Source of the DNA: Chiloscyllium plagiosum
Taxonomy: Eukaryota
Assembly: GCF_004010195.1 (NCBI RefSeq)
Contig: NC_057720.1
Span: forward strand, 19,095,601-19,159,600
Reading direction: 5' to 3'
DNA: 64,000 bases
Shown piece after piece: positions 11,925 through 25,378 of the stretch. Position numbers and translations under genes: made by a program. How positions within the stretch are numbered: the first letter of the stretch is position 1; every line of letters begins with the position of its first letter. The notes under the pieces were generated by a model. The model was given only the letters and a program-made list of their open reading frames with translations. It was not told the DNA's origin and ran no database searches.

Positions 11925-14268
11925 TCATTTTTTTTCAATCGTGGACTATTTCCTCTGGTGGATGTTGATCATCTTCGAATAGTCACCAACCGGCAGCTCA
12001 ATCCCATCCTCATCTTCCTGTAGGAGTACAGCTCCAACTCCTATGTCACTAGCATCGATGGCGACTTTAAAAGGTTTTGAACAGTTTGGTGTTAACTAAA
12101 ACTGGTTTGGTGGTTAATATTGATTTCAAATGGTCGAATGCCTCCTGGCATGGTTCTGTTCACCGAAACTTTGTCTTCTTCTTCGGTAAATCGGGTCATG
12201 GTCCCACTACATGGCTGGCGTTTAGAACAAACTTCCGAGAGAATCCGCAGAGTCCAAAGAATCGAAGCACCTCTTTCTTCGAGGTTGGTTGTGTGTGAAT
12301 TCCTCGCGAGCCTTTGTCTTTGTGTTCTGTGCAGTCAGCGTTCCATGACCAATGTTCTGACCCAAGAACGTCACCTCTCCTTTCGTGAATTCCATTTTGT
12401 TTAAGTTTATCACCAGTTTTGCTTCTCATAGTTGTTGAAAGAGCTCTGCCAACTGTACCATGTGATCTTTCCCGGACTTACTAAAGATCACTACAACGTC
12501 CAAATAGACTACACAGTTTGTTAACCCAGCCATAACTCTGGTCATGGGTCTTTGGAATGTGGCAGGTGTAATCTTCATTCCAAACAGCATCACTTTAAAC
12601 TGATATAGCCCATTTGGGATGACGAACACAGAAATTACTTTCACCGTCTCTGATAAAGCTACCTGCCAGTAAGCACACATTAAGTCCAACTTTGTCACGT
12701 AACTGACTTGTCCAACGTTCTCGATACAGACCTCTAATCTAGGAATTGGATGTGAGTCCGATTTTGTAACAGCGTTGACCTACTGATAATCCACGCAGAA
12801 TCGTTGAGTCCCGTCAGGTTTGGCAACTGAGACAATCAGCTAACTCCGTTTACTCTCTCTTGGTTCGATAATGTCCTTGTCGAGCATGGCCTCCACTTCC
12901 ATCTGACCTGGCTGGCTTTGAAAGGTTTAAGCCGATAGGGGTGTTGTTTGATTGGAGCAGTATTCCCCACTGAGCTGAAAATTTGTTGCTGGAAAAGCGC
13001 AGCAGGTCAGGCAGCATCCAGGGAACAGGACAATCGCGTTTCGGGCATAAGCCCTTCTTCAGCCCTTCCTGAAGAAGGACTTATGCCCGAAACATCGATT
13101 CTCCTGTTCACTGGATGCTGCCTGACCTGGTGTGCTTTTCCAGCAACACATTTTCAGCTCTGATCTCCAGCATCTGCAGACCTCACTTTCTCCGCAGTAT
13201 TCCCCACGTCTACTTCATGTATAATATCATTAGTCCTCCCCATCTGATTCTTACATATGTCCTCATACTGGAAAAGCAAACCTCTCAACTCCATTTCATG
13301 TCCTGAGACACATAGCTTACTAACCTATCCCACTCCGCAAAGACTTCTGCATTTTTAAAATCTGCTTTGAGGCACATCAAACTCCACGACACCTGGATTT
13401 GATTCCTCACCCTGTGGAACAGTAACTATTACCTGTTTCTCCAGTTCCCTGTCTCTATAAGGTTTCAACATACTCACATGAGCTACCCAATACAGGTTTT
13501 TTCCATCAGACATCTTTACCAGATGGTTTACCTGACTTAACTTTTTCTCAGTTTGATAGGGACCATGGAACCTAGCTTTGAAGGGAGCCCCTTCCACTGG
13601 TAACAGTACTAACACATCATTCCCACGGGAAAACATCCAAACTTAGGATTTTGTTCTGCTACCTGCTTCATTCTATACTGTGCCCTCTTCAGGTCCTGTT
13701 TAGCTAACTCACCCACTTGCTTTAGTCTCTCCCTCACCTCCGATACATAATCTAAGTGTGACATTTCCAACGTTGGTCCTGTTAATTTTTCTTTCATTAA
13801 TGTCAAAGGGCCTCGCACTTCATGCCTGAATATTAACTCAAAGGGAGTGACCCGAGGAGATTTGTTTGTGGTATCTCTAATGGCAAACAATACAAATGGG
13901 ATACATTTATCCCAATCATTCGGGTAATCCTGACAGGACACTCCCAACATGGTCTTCAGGGCCTGATGTCTCCTTTCTAAAGCTCCCTGGGATCCAGGAT
14001 AATACACACTGGATTTAAAGTGCTGTATACCTAAGCTATCTATAACCTCCTTAAACAGCCTAGCAGTAAAGTTAGACCCTTGGTCTGACTCGATCTCTCT
14101 GGGTAGCCCATACCGTGTGAAGAAAACTACTAACTCCTCTCCCACCCTTTTCACCGTAATACTCTGTAATGGGATTGCCTCTGGAAATCTAGTACACACA
14201 TCCATGATGGTTAGCAAGTACTGGTTCCCACTTTCAGTTTCCAGGCAGGGACCTACCCACTCCATCAT
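11925..14268 (-). mobile_element. Ty3/gypsy LTR-retrotransposon pol fragment, Gmr1-like domain order (integrase-RT-RNase H)
   Basis: Minus strand: integrase core (YLLTIMDVCTRFPEAIPL, SDQGSNF, SQGALER; 13609-14268), GPY/F motif (ARFHGPYQ), then RT (KQHPYRL, RFCVDY, FGMKITPATFQR, VYLDVVVIFS) and RNase H (AIDASDIGVGAVLLQ). Degenerate; no LTR seen. Confidence 0.9.
12971..13193. mobile_element. PLE-derived inverted mini-element (family A), two hammerhead motifs head-to-head
   Basis: 14-bp TSD GCAGTATTCCCCAC (12957-12970 / 13194-13207); minus tail-less arm plus a tailed + arm; inserted in Gypsy pol. Confidence 0.88.
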
Positions 14269-14775
14269 AATCTAATGTCCTGTTCCTGAGTGAATATTGA
14301 CGAAAAGTATTCATTCAGTGTCTCCCCAATCTCTTCCGCCTCCACATGCAACTTCCCACTACTATCCTTGACTGGAGCTATTCCTACCCTAGTCATTCTT
14401 TTATTCCTGACATACCTATAGAAAGCCTTAGGGTTTTCCCTAATCCTACCAACTAAGGATTTTTCATGTCCCCTCCTTGCTGCTCTTTGCTCTCTCGTCA
14501 GATCCTTCCTGGCTACCTTATGACTCTCAATCGCCCCAATTGAACCTTCTCGCCTCATCTTTACATAGGCCGCCCTCTTCCCTTTAACAAGGGATTCCAA
14601 TTCCTTATTAAACCACGGCTCCCTCACACGACCCTTTCCTCCCTGCCTGACAGGTACATACTTATCAAGGACACTCAATAGTTGCTCCTTGAACAAGCTC
14701 CACATATCAATTGCGCCCTTCCCTTGAAGCCTACTTTTCCAAGCCACGCATCCTAAGTCGTGTCTCACCGCATCA
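14269..14775 (-). mobile_element. CR1 ORF2 endonuclease-RT linker fragment
   Basis: ORF 14265-14768: PWFNKE, IRENPKAFYRYVRNKR, LNEYFSSIFTQE. Confidence 0.85.
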
Positions 14776-15077
14776 TAGATGTCAAGAAGTTGTCTCTACC
14801 AGTGGAGGACCTCCGACTGGGGGACATAATTACAGAATAAGGGGATAATTGTTTATAACGGAGCTTTGAAGAAATTCCTTCTTAGACTAATGGACATCTA
14901 GAGTTCTATACTTCAGAAAGTTGTTTCTCCTCCATCACTGAAAGTATTTAAAGAGGAGGGAAATAGATTTTTGAAATATTGAGTTGAGGGTTATGAAGAA
15001 CTGATGTGCAAGAGGAATTGAGGCTTTGGACAGAACTGTCATGATCTTACTGAGTGGCAGGGCAGGCTTGAGGAGAT

Positions 15078-15301
15078 CTGAAAATGTGTTGCTGGAAAAA
15101 CGCAGCAGGTCAGGCAGAATCCAGGGAACAGGAGAATCGACGTTTCGGGCATAAGCCCTTCTTCAGGATTCCTGAAGGAAGGGCTTATGCCCGAAATGTC
15201 GATTCTCCTGTTCCCTGGATGCTGCCTGACCTGCTGGGCTTTTCCAGCAACACATTTTCAGCTCTGATCTCCAGCATCTGCAGTCCTCACTTTCTCCTCA
15301 C
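15078..15301. mobile_element. PLE-derived inverted mini-element (family A)
   Basis: 12-bp TSD GCTTGAGGAGAT (15066-15077 / 15302-15313); arms meet at CTTCAGGA-TTCCTGAAG. Confidence 0.88.
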
Positions 15302-15907
15302 GCTTGAGGAGATGTATGTTCTGCTTCCAGGTTCTATTTTCTACCTTCTAGGTAGCCCTCATGAATTTTCTCAGTAACCTACTCCGCCAAAATGTAAATC
15401 ACAAAAAAATCCTTCAAGTTCTGACTTTTTTGCAAAGAATTTCAATGAAATAGCCTGAGAGATCCTATAAAAGTAGCTTAGTCTGGAAGCCCTCATACAT
15501 CTCCTGCCTTTAATGAGTTGTCAATCAACTGGACTTTGGGCAATTTGAGTAATGACTGCACACTTCCCAATTGCTCAGATGGTGGAGTAGGGCCAGATGG
15601 CGATGGAGTAGGGCTTTTGCGTCTGAGCTTGTCCACTCCATCTGCTTTTTTTTTCTCTTTTATTATTAAACTCTCTTCAACAAGAGGTAAGTAAAATAAG
15701 AGCTCTTTAGTCTGATTTGGTATTTTGTGGTCCCATGTACCTAAGGTCAGTGAAAAGCTTTATTTTGTGAGCAGTACAGGCAGATCACAGCAAAAAAGGA
15801 TGTACTGATCGTACAGTACTTAGAGTGAGGAATAATAGTTTAGACTGCGCAGGAGGTGTATAAAGCAAGATTAACATTATTTGAAGTTAGAGAGGTCTGT
15901 TCAGGAG

Positions 15908-15998
15908 TCGAGAGTGTGGTGCTGGAAAAGCACAGCAGGTCAGGCAGCATCGGAGGAGCAGGAGAATCAGCGTTTCAGGCAAAAGCCCTTCATCAGGA
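15908..15998 (-). mobile_element. Solo PLE terminus (family A, tail-less)
   Basis: CGTTTCAGGCAAAAGCCCTTCATCAGGA; flanks TTCAGGAGTC / TTCAGCAGTC resemble a TSD. Confidence 0.78.
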
Positions 15999-16762
15999 TT
16001 CAGCAGTCTAATAATGGCAGGTCATGGTGACAGCATTGGGTGGGTCTAGTGCAGACTCGTGGTGGCATCAGAGGTGAGCATCAGGCCCCGCCGGCTTCCA
16101 CATCAAGGTGGTCCTAGTGCTGATCCACAGCTGCTGCAGTGAAGGCGGATTTGGGTTCCCACTGGCACCTGCATCCAGTGCAGGTTAATGGAGCAGAGTT
16201 CAGGCCCAGTACAAGACCTGGCACCATCGGCAAAGTGGCCCTGAAGCGGACTATTATGGTAACTGAATCAAATTTTGGCCACTGCAGTATCTGGCACCAT
16301 CAGTGGGGTCTGCATTGGTGAAATCCAGCAAGGACTCGTAGTGGCAAGAGCCGCAGCACTTAACCAGAAAGATTGAAAGTTGAGCACTTTTTTCTTTTTC
16401 TTCCTTTAATTTCTATTTTTTGTTTTTTTTATGTTTTAAGATGGTGCCAATGTATTTTGTAACAAAATACACATGACAAATTATGTCAAATAAAATCTCT
16501 TCTGAAACCTCATCTCACTGAGTTTACAAAACTGTCCACAGCAACCACTCACCAGCACAGTTCCAGACAACAGCTTCTCCCCAACTGCCAACTTCACAGA
16601 ACAAGAAGTTTCACTTCAGCTGCCCTGAGCAATCACTGCCCAAGGACTTCTCCAAGCCCCAGATTCCTGTGGAGCTATCACAAGTTCCCAGAATTTTTTC
16701 ATACCCTAGCTGCATGGAGCTATTGACAGGAATTCATTGCACTGAGTTGACCATCTTCACTT

Positions 16763-16889
16763 CCTGAAGAAGGGCTTATGCCCGAAACATCGATTCTCCT
16801 GTTCCCTGGATGCTGCCTGACCTGCTGCGCTTTTCCAGCAACACATTTTCAGCTCTGATCTCCAGCATCTGCAGACCTCACTTTCTCCT
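16763..16889 (+). mobile_element. Solo PLE terminus (family A, tailed) starting at the hammerhead motif
   Basis: TSD CCATCTTCACTT (16751-16762 / 16890-16901). Confidence 0.85.
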
Positions 16890-17791
16890 CCATCTTCACT
16901 TGTCCCAACTAAATGGGCTCATTTTTGCGTACAGATCCCTGATCACCTGAGGAAATTCTGCACTTTCTCCCCAGGTCCCATGTACATTCTGGTTATGTGC
17001 CATTTTCCTGAAAGCTGTCAGAGGATGCCAAAGGCAGTTGTATGTGGCCTATCCCGCTACAATGCTCTTATGCTTTTGATGTAGCCCCAGGCATGCTGAG
17101 AGTTGTAGTCCTTGGCCTTTCTCCTGAAAACAGACAGATCCCCTTGTCAAACACATCCTAATGTGTCACCTTCTCTCACTGTTTTCTGTAAATAGGCACA
17201 TCATCTACTTCAATCTTTATTGTAATTTCTTATAATATTTTTCTTATCTACATTTTTGAGTTTTAGGTCTGGTGCTTTGAGCATTTTACTCAGTTTGAGG
17301 CCCTGTACTGACTGAGCAGTTGTATTTTTGATTCAAAGCAAATCCTGAAAATGCTTTAGTATTGATCCCTCCTTGCTATGTAGGAAGTGACCTTTAACTT
17401 TATACTTCACCCTCAAAATTAAGAACTATTTTGAATACACTCACCAGACTGAAGGCTTAATTAGAATTGATTTGTGATGAATTAGGGAAAAAATAAGGGA
17501 GAAAACTGTGTCAATCAGAAGTTTTATTTTGAAAGGATTCTATGGTCAGTTGCTATGACTGAAAGTTAGAATGGCTGGAAGCAATTTTCCTTGATGTATT
17601 GCTACAACTACTTAATGCCATGTGCTGATATGTATTTTTGTAAAATGAAGGAATAAATTACTTCAGATGCTGGAATCTGTACTGCAAACAACAGTTTGTA
17701 GAATAAACCACATTGGGTGCAGCAAATACAATGCATAGGATTGGAGGCAGGATAGATGAAATGTTGCTTCATCTGGAAAGACTGTTTAGAT

Positions 17792-18242
17792 CAGACGTGG
17801 GAAACCTTTTCATGTTGGAAGGCCGCATTATGTTAGTTGTAATCTAATAAGCCCACATCCAAGAAACTTCAATTATATATTCTTCAAAATTCACATTATT
17901 TTGTAAAAATTTAACTACTATGTACTAACTAACTTAAAAAAAGTTAATTCTAAAGTTAATTAACCTTTTTAGTGACTTTGTTGTGACTGCTTTTTGTAGG
18001 AAAGCATTTGAATATTTGGTTGCAGCATGGAGGTCTGCAGTTTTAGCTGATCCTCTAGATGGGTATCTGTCATTTGTGACCTTAAGGGCGCCTTGATTTT
18101 GGTTAAGTAGGAGAATGTAGATTCGCAGCAATAAGTGGTTGAAAAGCAAGAAAGCATTTTTCGTGCATGTTGCCGAAGGCATGGGGCTTCATTCAAAGGG
18201 CCACACACAATGGCCTAGAAGGCTGCAGGTTCCCCACCCCTG
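17792..18242 (-). mobile_element. Non-autonomous hAT (Charlie/SPIN-like) DNA transposon retaining the transposase C-terminus
   Basis: TIRs CAGACGTGGGAAACCT and AGGTTCCCCACCCCTG; 8-bp TSD GTTTAGAT (17784-17791) / GTTTAGAC (18243-18250); ORF FSTTYCCESTFSYLTKIKAPLRSQMTDTHLEDQLKL..KQSQQSH (hAT dimerisation domain). Confidence 0.9.
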
Positions 18243-18634
18243 GTTTAGACCCTTGAATGGTGAGCAGGAAGGACATGTCTGTGTAAAATGAATTTTATTG
18301 AAATGACTTAGTACAATTCAATTATTTGGTTAATATATTTGAGATATGTTAGGGTTGCCTGCACTGTACTTTCTTGTTTCAAACATGTAGTTGTCTGAAT
18401 GTGAGAATAGCAGAACAATGGTGTCATACTGTGTTGGTACAATTAAAAACACACATTTATCTTTCCCTTTCTTATTTACATATAATTGTCTCTTAATGCC
18501 CTGACAAGCATTAAAAACTGGGGAAAAGAAAGTAAAATGCCAAACCTAATTATAAGATTTAGGATAGTTTTAAAAGAATTTTTGTTTACATGCCTGATTT
18601 GAATTTCGCTGATTTTTAGTGAATGCTTCTACAA

Positions 18635-18970
18635 TGGTTTTCCCTATGTTTGGGGAGGGGGGGCTCCAGAACTAGAGGGCATAGGTTTAGGGTGGGAGGG
18701 GAAAGATTTAAACAGGACCTATGGGGCAACCTTTTCACACAGATGGTGGTGCATGTCTGGAATGAGCTGCCAGAGGAAGTGGTGGAGGCTGGTGCAATTA
18801 CAGCATTTAAAAGGCATCTGGACAGGTACATGAATAAGAAAGGTTTAGCGGGATTTGGACCAAGTGCTGGCAAATGGGCCTACATTAGTTTAGGATATCT
18901 GTTGGGCATGGATGAATTGGACTGAAGGGTCTGTTTCCATGCTGTACATCTTTATGGCTTTACGACTCTA
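18635..18970 (+). mobile_element. CR1 3' end
   Basis: SRTRGHRFRV..WNELPEEVVEAG..FKRHLDRYM. Confidence 0.82.
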
Positions 18971-20564
18971 GTTCTGTCCAAAGATGTGAAGATGTAAATC
19001 TATCCACTTGATATTATAACTGACGAAACCATTGATTGAAGGGCTTTTCATTAAATTTGTGAGAACCACCTTGGAATGTTTTACTGTTGAATAAATGCAA
19101 GTTGTTTCACCGGTGCTGATTATTTTCGGTTTTGATTTTAGTAATGGTTGCTGAATATTTTGTTTTTGATTCGGATGTGTTACTGTGCCTGCCTGTGCAA
19201 ATATAAACTACTTAGATAGCATTGAAGAAATTTCTGAAGATTGACTGCAAAAGGGAATTCTATCAAGCTATGTGCAAGAATGCAACTGATGAGACATCTT
19301 TACACTGCATGTTAAAACTTGCCCATTTTAAAGCCAGTTTTATGATTATTTGTGTTGGGATATAAACAGGAATACAACTAGACACGCATCACCATTTGTG
19401 TATGAGATATTTCAAGCACAATGAGCACTTTGGACTATTTGGGACCTACAGGTATCTAAATGTGATGATATTTAATGATCTGACTGTTCAAGAAATATGG
19501 CTTTATCAAAGTCCGTCTGATTTGAGTCCTGGTAAACTTCTTCATTCTTCTGCAATGGATAAAGGATACCTAAAGTGATTTCCAGATCAACAATGTATGT
19601 TACCACTCTCCATTATGTAGCCAGAACTATTCTCCAAGTACACGTGCAGCAAATTGTGTTAGAAACCAAAAGTACTGAATAAGTTCAGCAGATCTGGAAG
19701 CATCTATTGAGAGAGAGAGAGACTAAGTTTCAAATCCAAAATGTTGTCTTTGGAATGGTAAATTGTAATGTTGAATAAAGTTAACTTTATCTACTGACAT
19801 GAGTTTTTTAAAGTTATTGTACTGCAGAAAATTGGATTTGTGTACTTTACTGTTAATTTATAAAGAAATCTGAGATCAGGAACATTATGTTGTTTTACTT
19901 GGAGATATGATGAAATGGTTGGTGAAATATTGCCTTTGTTTTTGAGTTTTTTTTATATTGATGTACTGTACTGTCAGTGTCCCCTCCCAAGTTTCAGCTA
20001 CGTTTCTCAACCAATAACAGGGTGGGTCAGTTGAGTCATTTTTGGTTGTGAGCTTCAGCCAGATGTTAGAATAGACTGAGAGGGGTCACCATACAATCAA
20101 TGTGTTTCTGTATTTTTTGTGACTTTATAACCACTTTACTTAATAGAGGTTTCTGATAATAGTTGAGAGTGTACCTAAAATATTTGCCATCCTAATTATG
20201 AAATATTTGTAATTGGAAATTCATAGGACTTTTAAACAATGCTGTGGAATTAATATGCAACACACGTGGAGGACAAAAGTATTTTGTGCCACCTGATATT
20301 TTTCTAACTGGAACAGAAAGCTGTTTTAAGTATTTTGCCACAAATGAGTATAAAACCTAGGCTGAGATTCTCTATTGTTGTGAGTGTTTGCTCTTCCTTA
20401 AATAAACTTCCTTTTAAATTTTGTAGTGACAGTCAAGACTGTATAGGTGCAGTTCCCTGCTGCATAACGTACATCTGGAAAATGATCACCTACATAGTGT
20501 CTCAGTAAAATACATGTCTGTTAGTCTTCCAGCAGGATCAACAATGAAGAATAAAAGTAAAGAT

Positions 20565-21798
20565 ATAGTCATGGAAATGTACAGCATGGAAACAGACCCT
20601 TTAGTTCAACTCGTCCATGCTGACCAGATATTCTAAATAAACCTAGACCCATATCCCTCTAAACCCTTACTATTCATACACCTGTCCAGATAACTGTTAA
20701 ATGTTGTAATTATACCAGCCTCCACCACTTCCTCTGGCAGCTCATTCCATACACACGCCACCAATTTGAAGCATTGCCCGTAAGTCCCTATTAAATCTTC
20801 CCCCTCTCACCCTAAACCTATGCCCCCTAGATTTGGACTCCTCTCACCCTGGGGAAAAGACCTTGTCTGCTGACCCTATCCATGCCCCTCATGATTTTAT
20901 AATCTTCTATAAGGTCACCCCTCAGCCTCTGATGCTCCAGGCAAAATAGCCATAGACTATTTAGCCTGTCCCTATAGCTCAAACTTTCCAACCTTGGTAA
21001 CATCCTTGTAAATCTTTTCTGAACTGTTTCAAGTTTCACAACATCCTTCCTACAGGACGGAGACCAGAATTGCAAATAATATTCCAAAGTAGCCTAACCA
21101 TGTCCTATGGAGCTGCAACATGATGTCCCAACTCCTATATTTGATGCAGTGACCAATAAAGGGTAAGCATACCAAACGCCACCTTCACTATTCTATCTAC
21201 CTGCAATTCCACTTTCATGGAACTATGAACCTGCACTCCAAGGTCTCTTTGTTCAGGGGCATTTTGCAGGACCTTTTGCAGGACCTTACCATTAAGTGTA
21301 TGTCCTGCTCTGATTTGCCTTTCCAAAATGCAGCATCTCTCATTTATCTAAATTAAACTCCATCTGCTACGTCTCAGCCCATTGGCCCATCTGATCAAGA
21401 TCCTGTTGTAATCTGACGTAACCTTTTTCGCTGTCCACTACACCTCCAATTTTGGTGTCATCTGCAAAATTACTAACTGTATCTCTTATGCTCGCATCCA
21501 AATCATTTATATAAATTACAAAAAAAAAGTGGGCCAATCCTTGTGGCACACCAATGGTCACAGGGCTTCAGTCTGAAAAACAACCCATCACCACCACCCT
21601 CTTCTACCTTTGAGCCAGTTCTGTATCCAAATGGCTAGTTCTCCCTGTATTCCATGAGATCTAACCTTGCTAATCAGTCTCCCATGGGGAACCTTGTCGA
21701 ACGGCTTGCTGAAGTCCATATAGATCATGTCCACTGCTCAGCCCCCATTGATCCTCTTTGTTATTTCAAAAAACTCAGTTAGGTTAGTGAGACATGAT
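20565..21798 (-). mobile_element. CR1 LINE 3' portion
   Basis: SNFADDTKIGG, QFWSPSCRKD, RLRGDLIE; same subfamily as 40842-44032. Confidence 0.88.
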
Positions 21799-22356
21799 AG
21801 CATTTGAATAAATAGTCTTGCATTTCAATTTGCAAAGGAAGTCTATGTAATTCTGGTGATGCATATGACTGTTCAGTACGTCCTCATTGATCAACTTTTG
21901 CCTGAACCTGTGTGGATGCCCTGCACATTTTTGCGATGATATGGTTTCAACGTCCATGTGTTCTTTAATGCCTTGTGTACTGTACCTCTTCTACACACCA
22001 TTGGATATATCAAAGATTAACATTTTGTAAACCATCTGACAATATCAGGCCTCCTAGAAATATGGAGCATAGAATGATGCCATTTGATCTGCTGTGTCTG
22101 CGTCAATTCCTCTAGTAAGGATTTATCCAGTTAGACTCAATACCCATTGTAAACTGCGTGTTTTTTTTTGTTTTTGAGGAAAGTATTCAGTTCCCTTTTG
22201 AAAGCTTCTATTGGATTTGCTTTCGTCACCCTTTCAGGTAATACGTAATTACTCACTAATTTCCTTCACCTTTCCCCCCTCTGGCTCTTTTAATTATATA
22301 AAGCTGTGTTCTCTGGTATAACACTTCTGTCACTCAAAATATTTTCTCCCTGTTTA

Positions 22357-22671
22357 AGATTAGCTTACTTAGTGTGGAAACAGCCCTTCGGCCCAACAAG
22401 TCCACACCGATCCCTCTGAAGAGCAACCCACCCAGACCCATTCTCCTACATTTGCCCCTTCACCTAACACTACGGGCAATTTAGCATGGCCAGTTCACCT
22501 AACCTGCACATCTTTGGACTGTGGGAGGAAACCAGAGCACCCGGAGGAAACCCACACAAACACTGGGAGAATGTGCAAACTCCACACAGACAGTTGCCTG
22601 AGGCAGGAATTTAACCTGGGTCTTTGGCGCTGTGAGGCAGCAGTGCTAACCACTGTGGCACCGTATCACCC
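22357..22671 (-). mobile_element. tRNA-derived HE1/V-type SINE
   Basis: Reverse complement begins GGGTGATACGGTGCCACAGTGGTTAGCACTGCTGCCTCACAGCGCC; V-domain TTTGCACATTCTCCC; CR1-like tail. Confidence 0.85.
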
Positions 22672-24254
22672 ACTGTATCCAAACAGTTCATAGCTTTGAG
22701 CATCTACAACTGGACTCCTTACCTTTCTGTGGAGAACAGTTCAATTACTCTAATCTCCACTGTCCTGAAGCCCTCCATTGCTAGTATTATTTTAATAAAT
22801 CTCCTTAGTGTCTGGACATCTATCCTATGATGTGACGTGAAGAACTGGATACTCTGCTTCACCCAAAGCCCAACTGTTTATAAAGCTTTCGCCTAATATC
22901 TCTACTTTTGGACTCCTTGGATCATAAAACCAGTAACTGTGCATGTTTTTATTAAATGGTCTTATTGACTTGCCCTGTCACTTTAAAGTTTTGTTTGTGA
23001 ATTGCCAGGTCATCTTGTTACTTTTTTAAAACTATATGTGCCATTTAGTTTCTGTTAGCCGCCACTCGTTCTTTCAAATTGCATCCCTCCTATTTCTCTC
23101 CAGTAAATTTCTTCTTGTGGTGAAGATTGCATCAGTATATTTGTTTCTAATAAAGTAGAAATGGATACTAGTCCAGAAAAATTGGTTACAATTGTAATTT
23201 TTTTTTCCCTTTAGATTGAAATTGAGTTTGTTTTCTAATGTTGAAAGCAGGCTTATATTTGGCTGAGTTTGTGTGGAAAATTAAGTGACCCCAAGTTTGG
23301 CATTTACATTAGAGACTGTAAAATAAACTAAAGTGGTAATCTGATTACTTTCTACTGTGAAAGAGGAACTTCAGGCAGTTTGCGGATTTCACCCACCTGG
23401 AAGGGAACCTGTAAAGCACCTTTTAGCTAAATATGAGGAAGGGAAAAACATTTTGATATTGGTATTTCTGGTTTCTGTAACTTACTAGTGATGTCAAAAT
23501 TTTTGGTTTCTTTTAGCTTGGGGAACTGAATATTAATCTCATCTGTGACTGTTATTCATTTTCCTGAATTTTATGGTAGTGTTTCTTGTCAAATAAAAAT
23601 TTCCTTTACTGCCCATCGTATGGGGAAGAAAGTGTGTTTATGTAGTGCAACTTTAAATGTATTTTTCGGTGTTTTAAACTTTGTGCATAACTTGTATTGA
23701 CGCTCTGCACTTTGTGTTACATTTGAGGGAGGTAACAACTTATTTTTCTTGTGCTGCCATGATGTAGGTCACATTATGGGTATGATGCAAAGCTAATTCT
23801 TATTGTCCTCGTGTGCAGTACATTTATTGCCTAGTCCATTACAGAGTGCCTGCAGTATGGAGATAGAATTGTTTATGGAATTAACAGGAATATGTTTAAA
23901 AAGTTGTTACAACATTCCTCAAGGTTGAAGCAGTGCGTCATTAATAATCAAGAACAATCGTGATTTGTGTGGAGTTCTGAGCAATGCAGTAGAAAAATCT
24001 AAAAGCTTAGTGTGTAAAACCCTTTACATTTATTGCAACCAAAAGAAAAATTTTAATTCTGAATAATCAAATTATAATTAACATTATAAAATGGGAGTTC
24101 ATTCACTGTCTGATCAATCCTAGTTCAGTCATATATCTCTTCCTTTCCAAGGCGCAGTATGGCGCAGTATAGAGCTTAATGGTGTGTTCATAAACTAAGA
24201 TGTATTTCTGAGACATGTATGAAAAATAGTACTCAAAACATATTGGTGTCTGTA

Positions 24255-25378
24255 GTTTGACAAGGTGCCCCATGGGAGACTGATTAGCAAGGTTAGATCT
24301 CATGGAATACAGGGAGAAATAGCCATTTGGATACAGAACTGGCTCAGAGGTAGAAGACAGAGGGTGGTGGTGGAGGGTTGTTTTTCAGATTGGAGGCCTG
24401 TGACCAGTGGAGTGCCATAAGGATCTGTGCTGGGCCCTCTACTTTTCGTCGTTTACATAAATGATTTTGATGCGAGCATAAGAGGTACAGTTAGTAAGTT
24501 TGCAAAATTGGAGGTGTAGTGGACAGCAAAGAGGGTTTCCTCAGATTACAACAGGATCTTGATCAGATGGGTCAATGGACGGACAAGTGGCAGATGGAGT
24601 TTAATTTAGATAAAGGCGATATGCTGCATTTTGGGAAAGCAAATCTTAGCAGGACTTATTCACTTAATGGCAAAGTCCTAGGGAGTGTTGCTGAACAAAG
24701 AGACCTTGGAGTGCAGGTTCATAGCTCCTTGAAAGTGGAATTGCAAGTAGATAGGATAGTGAAGAAAGTGTTTGGTATGCTTTCTTTTGTTGGTCAGAGC
24801 ATTGAGTAAAGGGGTTGGGACGTCAAGTCCTGTACAGGACATTGGTTAGGCCACTGTTGGAATATTGCATGCAATTCTGGTCTCCTTCCTATTGGAAAAA
24901 TGTTGTGAAATTTGAAAAGGTTCAGAAAAGCCAAGGTTGGAGGATCTGAGCTATAGGGAGAGGCTGAACAGGCTGGGGCTGTTTTCCCTGGAGTGTCGGA
25001 GGCTGAGGGGTGACCTTATAGAGTTTACAAAATTTATGAGGGGCATGGATCGGGTAAATAGACAAAATCTTTTCCCTGGGGTCGGGGAGTCCAGATCTAG
25101 AGGGCATAGGTTCAGGGTGAGCGGGGAAAGATATAAAAGAGACATAAGGGGCAACTTTTTCACATAGAGGGTGGTACGTGTATGGAGCGAGCTGCCAGAG
25201 CAAATGGTGGAGGCTGGTACAATTGCAACATTTAAGAGGCACTTGTATGGGAAGTATTTGGAGGGATATGGGCCGGGTACTGGCAGGTGGGACTAGATTG
25301 GTTTGGGATATCTGGTCGGCATGGACTGGTTGGACCGAAGGGTCTGTTTCCATGCTGAACATCTCTATGACTCTATGA
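24255..25378 (+). mobile_element. CR1 LINE 3' portion
   Basis: LQQDLDQMGQW, LGLFSLECRRLRGDLIE; CTCTATGACTCTATGA tail. Confidence 0.88.
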
